DNA of 37,958 bases, from assembly GCA_964612395.1 (NCBI GenBank), contig CAZTBY010000003.1:1-37958 (forward strand). Direction: 5' to 3'. Position numbers and translations under genes: made by a program. Shown piece after piece: positions 1 through 8,220 of the stretch (positions are counted from its first letter, which is position 1; every line of letters begins with the position of its first letter). The DNA comes from an uncultured Clostridium sp. GTDB taxonomy: Bacteria > Bacillota > Clostridia > TANB77 > CAG-508. Under the pieces are notes generated by a model that saw only the letters and a list, made by a program, of their open reading frames with translations, did not search any database and was not told where the DNA came from.

Positions 1-13
1 TTGCCATTTTATG

Positions 14-42
14 TAGACAAAACCAAAAAAACGTAGTATAAT
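14..42 (+). promoter_or_regulatory. candidate sigma-A promoter upstream of the OB-fold gene
   Basis: TAGACA (14-19), 17-nt spacer, TATAAT (37-42). The leader carries an imperfect hairpin (GTCTAAAAG 65-73 / CTTTTTAGAC 89-98) before the GGAGG RBS. Confidence 0.4.
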
Positions 43-119
43 TAAAAATGTCGGGATTCGACTAGTCTAAAAGTTTATAATAAAACTGCTTTTTAGACGA
101 AAAAAAGGAGGAAATAAAA

Positions 120-800
120 TTGGTTACAAATTATTCACAAAACAACTATATTATGTTAGTTGGTAAAATCACAAGTGAGAAAAAATTTAGTCACGAAATT
201 TATGGAGAAAGTTTCTTTAACTTTGATTTAGAAATACCACGTTTAAGTGGAATATCAGATATTATACCAATTACAATATCTGAGAGATTAATCGCAAACT
301 TTGATTTAAACATAGGAAAACAGGTAGTAATTGAAGGACAATTTAGATCTTACAATACATATGAAGATTCAAAGAGCAGATTAATATTAACAGTTTTCGT
401 AAAAGAAATTAGAGAAAAAGGGGAAGATGAAGAAATTAAAGTACCTAACGAAGTACAATTAGTAGGACATATTTGTAGAAAACCAATCTACAGAAAAACA
501 CCATTTGGTAGAGAAATAGCTGATATATTAGTTGCAGTAAATAGAGCATATAATAAATCGGATTACATACCATGTATTACATGGGGCAGAAATGCCAGAT
601 TCTGCGAAAACATGCAAATAGGAACAGAATTAAGATTAGTTGGTAGAGTTCAATCAAGACCATATGAGAAGAAACACGAAGATGGAACAGTTGAACAAAG
701 AACAGCATATGAAGTATCAATAAGTAGTTTAGAATTCGTAAATAAAGAAGACGAACCTAATAATATGGAAGAAACAGCAACTACAGAAGAAGCAATGTAA
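120..800 (+). CDS. SSB-like protein with two tandem OB folds in one chain
   Basis: TTG start 8 nt after AAGGAGG. The N half (VGKITSE...VVIEGQFRSY...) and C half (QLVGHICRKPIYRKTPFGREIADILVAVNR...LRLVGRVQSRPYE...) both fit the SSB OB-fold pattern. Acidic C-terminal tail. Confidence 0.55.
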   Translation: MVTNYSQNNYIMLVGKITSEKKFSHEIYGESFFNFDLEIPRLSGISDIIPITISERLIANFDLNIGKQVVIEGQFRSYNTYEDSKSRLILTVFVKEIREKGEDEEIKVPNEVQLVGHICRKPIYRKTPFGREIADILVAVNRAYNKSDYIPCITWGRNARFCENMQIGTELRLVGRVQSRPYEKKHEDGTVEQRTAYEVSISSLEFVNKEDEPNNMEETATTEEAM

Positions 801-812
801 AGGAGTAAAAAA

Positions 813-2033
813 ATGGATTATTTGTATATCTTACAACAAGCACTTATAGGTATTATAACAATATTTTGGCTATATAACATAGCAATAAGTGTTTGTGCAT
901 TAATAAAATTCAAAGAAAAGCCATTACTAATTAACAAACAACATAAATTTATGGCAATAATACCTGCACATAATGAAGAAAAGGTTGTTAAAAATCTAAT
1001 AGAAAGTTTAAAAGAACAAAACTATCCGAAAGAATTATTGGATATATATGTTATTGCTGATAACTGCACAGATAGAACAGCAGAAATTTCAAGAAATGCA
1101 GGTGCAATTGTATATGAAAGAAATGACCCAGAGCATAAAACAAAAGGATATGCAATGCAATGGTTCTTAAAAAAAATGCAAGAACAAAATGTAGAATATG
1201 ATGCATTATGTGTTTTTGATGCAGATAACGTTGTTGATAAAGAATTTATGAATGCAATGAATAGAAAACTTTGCCAAGGGGAAGAAGTGGTTCAAGGATA
1301 TAGGGATATCAAAAACCCTGATGATACTTGGGTTTCAGCAGGATATGCACTATTCTATTGGACAATGCACAGGTTTTATCATTTAGCAAGGTATAACATT
1401 GGTTTATCTCCGTTATTAAATGGAACGGGCTTTATGGTAAGATATGATTTAATAAAGGCAGAAGGTTGGAATACAAAAACATTAACAGAGGACATAGAAT
1501 TCTCTTTAATAAACATTGCAAAAGGAAGAAAACTAGGCTGGGCAACAGATGCAAAAGTATATGATGAACAACCATTAGGCTTCAAACAATCTTGGACACA
1601 AAGAACAAGATGGTCTGTAGGTCATCTGCAATGCTTTAAATACTACATAAAAGATTTAGCAGCAGGTGTTGTACGAAACAAAAAAATGATGAATGTTGAT
1701 GGTTTACTATATCTTATGGGTATGCCAATTTTAATAGTAACACTTGCAATATTGGTAATAAACTTAATTATATTCCTTGGAGATGGAATGACATTAGCTG
1801 GTTTAATTTGGAATTATGCAAAATACTTACTTGCAACATTTATAATGCCACCACTAACAGCATTATTTGTTTTGATACTAGATAAAAGACCAATAAAGCC
1901 AATGCTAAAAGGTTTGCTATGCTATCCATTATTTCTAGGTTCATGGATATTAATTAACATAAAAGCATTAATAAAACCAAATACAACATGGGAAAAAATA
2001 GACCATGTAAGAGATATAAAAGTAAAAAGCTAA
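813..2033 (+). CDS. processive family-2 glycosyltransferase (PgaC/IcaA/cellulose-synthase-like membrane glycan synthase)
   Basis: N-terminal TM helix; AIIPAHNEE; DNCTDRT; FDADN; TEDIEF (TED); QRTRWSVG (QxxRW); several C-terminal TM helices; about 400 aa, as in IcaA/PgaC. Confidence 0.75.
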   Translation: MDYLYILQQALIGIITIFWLYNIAISVCALIKFKEKPLLINKQHKFMAIIPAHNEEKVVKNLIESLKEQNYPKELLDIYVIADNCTDRTAEISRNAGAIVYERNDPEHKTKGYAMQWFLKKMQEQNVEYDALCVFDADNVVDKEFMNAMNRKLCQGEEVVQGYRDIKNPDDTWVSAGYALFYWTMHRFYHLARYNIGLSPLLNGTGFMVRYDLIKAEGWNTKTLTEDIEFSLINIAKGRKLGWATDAKVYDEQPLGFKQSWTQRTRWSVGHLQCFKYYIKDLAAGVVRNKKMMNVDGLLYLMGMPILIVTLAILVINLIIFLGDGMTLAGLIWNYAKYLLATFIMPPLTALFVLILDKRPIKPMLKGLLCYPLFLGSWILINIKALIKPNTTWEKIDHVRDIKVKS

Positions 2034-2050
2034 ATATTACAATTATATTA

Positions 2051-2086
2051 CAAATTGCAAAACTTATTGCAATTTGTATTTTTTTT
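2051..2086 (+). terminator. rho-independent terminator after the GT2 gene
   Basis: Perfect 10-bp stem CAAATTGCAA (2051-2060) / TTGCAATTTG (2067-2076), 6-nt loop, then a T-run. Confidence 0.8.
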
Positions 2087-2121
2087 GTATAAAATATAAT
2101 TACACTAAAAAAGAAGATGTA

Positions 2122-2358
2122 ATGCATGAAAAAAACAAAGGAATAACGCTAATATCACTAATAATAACAGTACTTCTTTTACTTGTTTTAACAGGAATAA
2201 GTATTTTTGAAATACAAAAATATGCAGTTACTAATAAAGCTAAAAATGTAGTGAAAAGAGCAAATAACCAAATTAAAAATGCATCAGAAATGGAAAACGA
2301 AGTAATTGAGAATACAGATAGCCCAAGAGGAGCCAAAAGTGCAACAAACATAGATTAG
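2122..2358 (+). CDS. small prepilin-like (type IV pilin N-terminal motif-like) protein
   Basis: MHEKNKG|ITLISLIITVLLLLVLTG: short basic leader ending in Gly, then a hydrophobic helix. Position +5 is Ser instead of the canonical Glu. The track start at 2074 lies inside the upstream terminator, so ATG 2122 is preferred. Confidence 0.35.
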   Translation: MHEKNKGITLISLIITVLLLLVLTGISIFEIQKYAVTNKAKNVVKRANNQIKNASEMENEVIENTDSPRGAKSATNID

Positions 2359-2519
2359 AAACGTATAATCTAAACAGGTTCGGAAATAGATATAAAAAAG
2401 CCAAAGTTTCAATATTTTTGCTCAAAAAAATAAAAAAATATTCAAATAAACTTGCTATTTTTACCAGAATATTGTATGATATTATAAGTGAGAAAAGTAA
2501 GATTTAATGGAGGTATAAG

Positions 2520-2924
2520 ATGAAAAAAACGATTGCAATAATATTAGTAATTCTATGTATTTTATCAATAGGAACTGTTGCGTTTGGAACAGAAATAAAT
2601 ACACTTGAAAATAACAATAAAAATGACATAGAAGAAATGAAAAGCAAGATGGAGGTAAAAAAAGAGGAGTATACCGAAAAATATGGCTCTGAAGCATATT
2701 GGTTAGCAGGTTTTATTATAGAAGAAGTTGTACAACCTTACAGTATTCCATTCTGTTTTATAGGAATTGTAGTAGGTTTATTATTCCAATATGTTCTAGG
2801 AACAAGAAGGTTAGACTATAAACACAGAGGCTTTAGTACGGTAATTGTATTTGTTACGATTCTAGTGATTTGCCAAGTATTGCCATTTATTTATGCACTC
2901 GTAGTAATAGGTTGGAGGGGTTAA
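2520..2924 (+). CDS. hypothetical membrane protein (signal peptide plus 2-3 TM helices)
   Basis: GGAGG RBS; N-terminal signal-like MKKTIAIILVILCILSIGTVAFG; hydrophobic C-terminal half. No family recognised. Confidence 0.5.
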   Translation: MKKTIAIILVILCILSIGTVAFGTEINTLENNNKNDIEEMKSKMEVKKEEYTEKYGSEAYWLAGFIIEEVVQPYSIPFCFIGIVVGLLFQYVLGTRRLDYKHRGFSTVIVFVTILVICQVLPFIYALVVIGWRG

Positions 2925-2928
2925 ACAT

Positions 2929-5316
2929 ATGAAGGTCTTATTTGCAATAAATAACGATAATGTTTCAGAAGCAATTGTAAAAAAATATCAAAAAGATTAT
3001 AAAGAAATATTATCATACAAAAATGTATATTATTTTAATGCAATTTTAAGAGAGTTACAAAGGGATAAAAGTTATAGTAGAGTTGTAATTAGTGAAGATT
3101 TAGAACCATTTGCAAACAACAACTATGATTCAATTGATAAATTCTTATATGAAAAATATAGTAATATTAGTAAAGAAATAAAGAACAATGGAAATGGTGA
3201 GATTGATATTATTTTAATTTGTGCAGACAGAAGAAAAATGACAGATGATATGATTGTTAAAATCTACAAAGAAGATATCTACAGTGGAATTGTAGGACAA
3301 GATAGAACAATAGATGAAGTATGTAGATTAATAAATTCTCCAAGAGATAAGGAAGAAGCAAAAAGATATTATAATATACAGGAAAGTGATTTAGGAGAAG
3401 TTGAAAGCGAAAATACTGTTAGCGAAGCAGAGGTTGAAAATATTAGAGCACATTATGCAAGACTTGGAAAAAATGAAGATAAATATGTAGACAGCTTTAA
3501 CAATATAGTTGCTCAATACACAGACAATCAACTAAGAATAATTATAAAATATTTGCCAATGAATGTAAAAGCTGTCCTTGAGGCTAAATCACCTAAATAT
3601 CAGCAATTAGCTATTAGTGGAGGAATTCAACATTTTGATGCAAAACTAAAAACTCAAAGTTACAAAGATAAAATCCGTAATATAAAAGAAGAACCAGAGG
3701 AAGAGGATGAAGTATTATCGGAACTTATAAAACAAAAAACAATAAAACAAGTTGTAATTCCAACAAGCATGAAAACGAGCAATGTTCAAAAGATAGTAAT
3801 ACCAGACATTAAAAAACCAGAGATAGATCAAGGTATAGTTATAGACAATAATTTAGTAGAAACACCAAATGCAATTGAAAAGTTGAAAATAAACATACCT
3901 GAAGAAGAAATAAGTTATCAAAAGATAGATTTGGAACCAGAAAAAGAAGCATTTGAGGAACCAGAAACAATTACACAAGAAGCAATACAAGAACCAAAAC
4001 GTGGCAGAGGAAGACCTAGAAAAACTCCATTGCTAGATGAATTACAAGAACAAAAACCAAAACGTGGCAGAGGAAGACCTAGAAAAACTCCGTTACAGGA
4101 AGATCTACCAGAAGTACCACAAGAGAAAGATGCTGATTTGTTTAATCTGAAAGAAGAAAAAAAACAAGAATCACAAGAAGTAGATTTATTTAGTTTAGAT
4201 AATGATGAAACAACCAGCACCACAGAAGTAAAAAATGAACCTGAGGAATTAGATTTGTTTAATATGGAAGAAGACAAAGATGATATTCCACTGGTTAATG
4301 AAACAAATAAACAAGAAGAAGTTAATTTATTCAGTTTAAATGAAAAACCAGAAGAATATAGAACTGCGCCACAATTGACTGTAGAAACAATAACAAAGCC
4401 AGAATATAATAATTTCCCAGAACCAACAAATTATGCAAATGTATCATCAAACTTTAATACACTTCTTACAGCCGATAAGAAAATAGTAGCATTTGTTGGA
4501 ACAACAAAAAATGGAACGTCTTTTACAGTAAATAACACTGCAGAAATGCTTGGAACAATGGGAATTAATACAGCGATTTTAGACATGACAAAAACAAAAA
4601 ATGCATATTATATATACACAAACAATGAAGAAAGCTTGAGAAATATTGCAAAAAATTGTATGGAAGGCTTACAAAATGGTATAACAGAAGGACTAAAAAT
4701 CAAAAAAAATCTAACGGTATATACAGAAATGCCAGGAGAAGAAAAACAATATAAAATTGATGTGGTTTTATCAACACTTTTAAAGCAATATTCTGCAGTA
4801 TTAATAGATACAGATTTTGATACGGACCCAGAAATTTTTGCAAGAGTACAGGAAATTTATCTAGTACAAACGATGGATGTTTTAACAATACAACCATTAA
4901 CAGCTTTTTTGAGGAATTTAAAATCAAAAGGAGCTTTACAACCAGAGAAACTAAAAATAATTATAAATAAATCTGAAAAGGTCAGAAGTTTAAGCATAAA
5001 AACTTTAATTGGTGGAATGTCTTGTTATAATGCACCAAATATGTCTTATATGACAGAACTGTTTGATAAAGATAACATTAAATACTGTGAAATACCTTTT
5101 GAAGAACAAAACTATGTAAAATATTTAGATTCACTTGTTAATTGTTCAATATCTTTAAATGGATATACAAAAACATTTATGCAGGCAATACGTGAAGTAG
5201 CAAACATGGTATATCCACTAATAAGCAGACAAAATTTCAAAGCTGGAGCTGGTGCAAGAGAACCGTTTTCAAGCCAAGTAAATGACACATTAAATAAAAT
5301 GAAAAGAAATTACTAA
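2929..5316 (+). CDS. multidomain protein: receiver-like N-terminus, disordered acidic linker with two AT-hooks and DLF repeats, C-terminal ParA/MinD/CpaE-like domain with degenerate P-loop
   Basis: N-terminus MKVLFAINNDN...VVISEDL...IILICADRR resembles a pseudo-receiver. KRGRGRPRKTP occurs twice. C-terminus KKIVAFVGTTKNGTSFTVNNTA...AVLIDTDFD resembles a deviant Walker A/B of MinD/ParA/TadZ-type proteins. Confidence 0.6.
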   Translation: MKVLFAINNDNVSEAIVKKYQKDYKEILSYKNVYYFNAILRELQRDKSYSRVVISEDLEPFANNNYDSIDKFLYEKYSNISKEIKNNGNGEIDIILICADRRKMTDDMIVKIYKEDIYSGIVGQDRTIDEVCRLINSPRDKEEAKRYYNIQESDLGEVESENTVSEAEVENIRAHYARLGKNEDKYVDSFNNIVAQYTDNQLRIIIKYLPMNVKAVLEAKSPKYQQLAISGGIQHFDAKLKTQSYKDKIRNIKEEPEEEDEVLSELIKQKTIKQVVIPTSMKTSNVQKIVIPDIKKPEIDQGIVIDNNLVETPNAIEKLKINIPEEEISYQKIDLEPEKEAFEEPETITQEAIQEPKRGRGRPRKTPLLDELQEQKPKRGRGRPRKTPLQEDLPEVPQEKDADLFNLKEEKKQESQEVDLFSLDNDETTSTTEVKNEPEELDLFNMEEDKDDIPLVNETNKQEEVNLFSLNEKPEEYRTAPQLTVETITKPEYNNFPEPTNYANVSSNFNTLLTADKKIVAFVGTTKNGTSFTVNNTAEMLGTMGINTAILDMTKTKNAYYIYTNNEESLRNIAKNCMEGLQNGITEGLKIKKNLTVYTEMPGEEKQYKIDVVLSTLLKQYSAVLIDTDFDTDPEIFARVQEIYLVQTMDVLTIQPLTAFLRNLKSKGALQPEKLKIIINKSEKVRSLSIKTLIGGMSCYNAPNMSYMTELFDKDNIKYCEIPFEEQNYVKYLDSLVNCSISLNGYTKTFMQAIREVANMVYPLISRQNFKAGAGAREPFSSQVNDTLNKMKRNY
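3994..4091. repeat. two identical 35-bp copies, 63 bp apart, each encoding an AT-hook
   Basis: CCAAAACGTGGCAGAGGAAGACCTAGAAAAACTCC at 3994-4028 and 4057-4091, in frame (PKRGRGRPRKTP). Confidence 0.9.
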
Positions 5317-5322
5317 GTAGAG

Positions 5323-6420
5323 GTGAAAAAATTGAGTACAGTATTAATAGCTGTTATAGTTGTATTAGTTATACTTGTTATATCACTAATAATATATAAC
5401 TTTTCAATATACAAGAAAGTAAAAGGTCTGAGCAATACTCATGAAAAAATTGCAAATCTAAGAGTATTACAAGACTTTATGGACACAATAGGAAAAGATA
5501 CATCAGCAGAGGGCAAAATAAAAATTATTAATGATATTTTAATTGAAAAGTATAATATAAAATATTCAACTATAGTTGTATTTAATGGAGCAGAGTATAT
5601 TTTAAAAGCTTCAAATGTAGATGAAAGATTATGGGAAGCAATGACAAACTTACATACGAATGCAATGTTCCAAGATAGTATAGCAAATGCAATACCAAAA
5701 TATGTAACAGTTAATGGTGCTAACGAAAAACTAACATACCAAGATACAGATATGACAAGAGCAAAATCTGCAATGTTTTTTCCACTTTATATAGATAATA
5801 TATATATTGGGTATTGGATTATTGAAAGTGACATACCACACGCATTTGATAGCATGGATACAGGTATATTAGAAGTAATAAGGGAAAACATAATATCAGT
5901 TTTAAAAACAATATCATATCAAAATACAATTGAAAATATATATAGAGTAGACAAATTTACAGGACTAAATTCTGCAGAATATTTATATGGACTTGGAAAA
6001 AGAACTATTGATAAATATGGAAAGAGTACTGTATGTATGTTTTCTATAAACAACATAGAAGAAATAAATGAAAGCTATGGCAGAAAAATTGGAACAGAAT
6101 TAATTGTACAAATAGCAAATAGTGTTAAATCAAATATTTCTTCAGAATATGTATTTGTTAGATACATGGGACCTAAATTTGTTATTGTTTTCTCAGGTGT
6201 AGAAACAAACGAAACAATTGAATTTGTTGCAAAAATCAAACAAATAATTGAAAGCATTAGAATAGAGGGAAAGAATAAAAAAATAGAACCAGTAAAGCCA
6301 GTAATAAATTTCGTAATTGGTTCATACTACAAAGGGACAGGACTTGAAGAAGTTACCAAAAAACTAGAAGAATATATAGACAATGCTGATAAAACAGAAA
6401 GCGAAATAAACTGTATTTAG
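5323..6420 (+). CDS. membrane-anchored sensor-like protein with degenerate GGDEF domain
   Basis: GTG start; N-terminal TM helix. The GGDEF-domain opening is DKFTGLNSAEY and YGRKIGTELIVQIA. The active-site GGDEF is replaced by MGPKF (6166-6180). The RxxD I-site position reads SSEY. Confidence 0.65.
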   Translation: MKKLSTVLIAVIVVLVILVISLIIYNFSIYKKVKGLSNTHEKIANLRVLQDFMDTIGKDTSAEGKIKIINDILIEKYNIKYSTIVVFNGAEYILKASNVDERLWEAMTNLHTNAMFQDSIANAIPKYVTVNGANEKLTYQDTDMTRAKSAMFFPLYIDNIYIGYWIIESDIPHAFDSMDTGILEVIRENIISVLKTISYQNTIENIYRVDKFTGLNSAEYLYGLGKRTIDKYGKSTVCMFSINNIEEINESYGRKIGTELIVQIANSVKSNISSEYVFVRYMGPKFVIVFSGVETNETIEFVAKIKQIIESIRIEGKNKKIEPVKPVINFVIGSYYKGTGLEEVTKKLEEYIDNADKTESEINCI

Positions 6421-6431
6421 GAGGATAAATT

Positions 6432-6686
6432 ATGATAAGTGATAAAACAATGAGTTTTAAAGTTGAAAAAGACAAAAACTTAAAAACAAAGGAAATACTA
6501 AAAGAAGTGTACCAAGCATTAGAAGAAAAGGGATATAATCCAATAAATCAAATAGTAGGATATATACTTTCAGGAGATCCAACATATATAACAAGTCATA
6601 AAGAAGCTAGAAACATAATAAGAATGATAGAAAGAGATGAGCTTTTAGAAAAAATGGTAAAGAGCTATATAGGCTTAGAAGAATAA
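6432..6686 (+). CDS. ireB: IreB-family regulatory phosphoprotein (UPF0297, YrzL-like)
   Basis: Hallmark [43 protein letters not shown]; about 84 aa; conserved position directly upstream of ruvX. Confidence 0.85.
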   Translation: MISDKTMSFKVEKDKNLKTKEILKEVYQALEEKGYNPINQIVGYILSGDPTYITSHKEARNIIRMIERDELLEKMVKSYIGLEE

Positions 6687-7120
6687 TGAGAACTCTAGGA
6701 ATTGATTATGGAGATGCAAGAACAGGAGTAGCCATAACAGATGCTTTAGGAATTACGGCACAAGGATTAGAAACTGTAACGACAAATGGAAATGATAAAA
6801 TATTACTTGCAAAATTAGATGATATATTTAATAAATATAAAATAGATACCATTGTTATAGGAATGCCACTTAATATGAATGGGACAAAGACAGAAAGAGT
6901 AGAAAAAACAAAAAGCTTTATCCACAAGTTAAAATGTAAATATAATAAAATAAAAATAGAAACTATTGATGAAAGATTAACAACTGTACAAGCACATAGA
7001 ACGATGAATGAATTGGGAATAAAACCAAAAAATAAAAAAAACATTGTAGATACAATATCAGCAGTATATATTTTAGAAACTTATATAAATAACCAAAGTA
7101 GAAAACCCCTACAAGAGTAA
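6686..7120 (+). CDS. ruvX: Holliday junction resolvase-like RuvX (YqgF family)
   Basis: [20 protein letters not shown]-terminus; IVIGMPLNMNGT; DERLTT motif. Start overlaps the ireB stop. Confidence 0.9.
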   Translation: MRTLGIDYGDARTGVAITDALGITAQGLETVTTNGNDKILLAKLDDIFNKYKIDTIVIGMPLNMNGTKTERVEKTKSFIHKLKCKYNKIKIETIDERLTTVQAHRTMNELGIKPKNKKNIVDTISAVYILETYINNQSRKPLQE

Positions 7121-7164
7121 TCGTAGGGGCAATACTGTTCTTATGGAATAAAACTGGAGGAAAT

Positions 7165-7680
7165 ATGAATTTATATCCAAAGCTATATTTGAATAATGTA
7201 AAAGAAATAACAATAGAATTGCTAAATAAAAACAACATAAAAGGTTTAATTTTAGATGTAGACAATACCTTGATTAATCTTGAAAAAGAACTACTAAAAG
7301 GCTGTGTAGAATGGTGTAATAACTTAAAACAGCAAGGAATAAAAATGTGCATATTATCAAACTCAAACAAAGTACATAAAGTTAAAAAGGTTGCTGAAAC
7401 ACTTGACCTAGAGTATTTTTATTTTGCACAAAAACCTAGAAAACAAGGATTTCACAAAGCACAAAAAGTACTAAATTTAAAACCAGAAGAAATAGCGGTA
7501 GTAGGAGATCAAGTATTTACTGATGTATTAGGAGCAAATAGGTGCAACATGTTTTCTATACTTACAAAACCATTGTCAAAAAAGGAAAATTGGCACACAA
7601 AAATTAAAAGACCATTTGAAGAAATTGTAATAAAAAAATATTTAAGAAAAGAAGGAGAAAATGATGAACATTTGGCATGA
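7165..7680 (+). CDS. yqeG: YqeG-family HAD-IIIA phosphatase
   Basis: LILDVDNTLI (DxDxT), ILSNSN, KPRK, VVGDQVFTDVLGANR; about 170 aa. Confidence 0.8.
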   Translation: MNLYPKLYLNNVKEITIELLNKNNIKGLILDVDNTLINLEKELLKGCVEWCNNLKQQGIKMCILSNSNKVHKVKKVAETLDLEYFYFAQKPRKQGFHKAQKVLNLKPEEIAVVGDQVFTDVLGANRCNMFSILTKPLSKKENWHTKIKRPFEEIVIKKYLRKEGENDEHLA

Positions 7681-8194
7681 TATTAAAGAAGAAAGAATAA
7701 GGAAAGATAATTTTGTATCAGTTATAGAGATAACAAAGGGTGGAAAAAATAAATATGAGTTAGACAAAGAAACAGGTATGCTAAAACTTGATAGAGTTTT
7801 ATATACAGCAACACACTATCCAGCAAACTATGGCTTTATACCAAGAACATATGCAGAAGATAACGACCCGTTAGATGTACTTGTACTTTGCCATGAAGAT
7901 ATAATCCCATTAACCCTAGTTGAAACATATCCAATTGGAGTATTAATTATGACAGACTCTAAACAAAGAGACGAAAAAATCATTGCAGTAGCTAAAAAAG
8001 ACCCATTTTTAAATGTGCATAAAGATATAACAGAAATACCACCACATATATCAAGTGAAATTAAGCATTTCTTTGAAGTATATAAACAACTAGAGCAAAA
8101 GGAAACCGTAGTTGAAGAAATATTAGGAAGAGAAGAAGCAGAGAAAATAATACAAAAGAGTATAGAAAGATATAAAGCAAAATTTGAAAAATAA
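7661..8194 (+). CDS. ppa: family I inorganic pyrophosphatase
   Basis: VIEITKGGKNKYELDKETG, YPANYGFIPRTYAEDNDPLDVLVL. 20-nt overlap with yqeG. Confidence 0.9.
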   Translation: MMNIWHDIKEERIRKDNFVSVIEITKGGKNKYELDKETGMLKLDRVLYTATHYPANYGFIPRTYAEDNDPLDVLVLCHEDIIPLTLVETYPIGVLIMTDSKQRDEKIIAVAKKDPFLNVHKDITEIPPHISSEIKHFFEVYKQLEQKETVVEEILGREEAEKIIQKSIERYKAKFEK

Positions 8195-8220
8195 AGCTAC
8201 AAAGAAAGGAATGGTAGTAT

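Noticed and set aside
48-66. tRNA-like T-arm (TCGGGATTCGACTAG) in the 5' leader
   Set aside because: No acceptor, D or anticodon arms can be drawn around it. It is an isolated resemblance only.
2074-2121. ORF start at 2074 for the prepilin-like gene
   Set aside because: It lies within the stem and T-tract of the terminator at 2051-2086.
6139-6180. c-di-GMP I-site (RxxD) in the degenerate GGDEF protein
   Set aside because: The position five residues upstream of the GGDEF-equivalent reads SSEY, so a canonical I-site receptor role cannot be claimed.
7106-7129. Hairpin CCCCTAC...GTAGGGG at the end of ruvX as a terminator
   Set aside because: No T-tract follows it, and yqeG and ppa appear co-oriented and closely spaced. 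It was not called.
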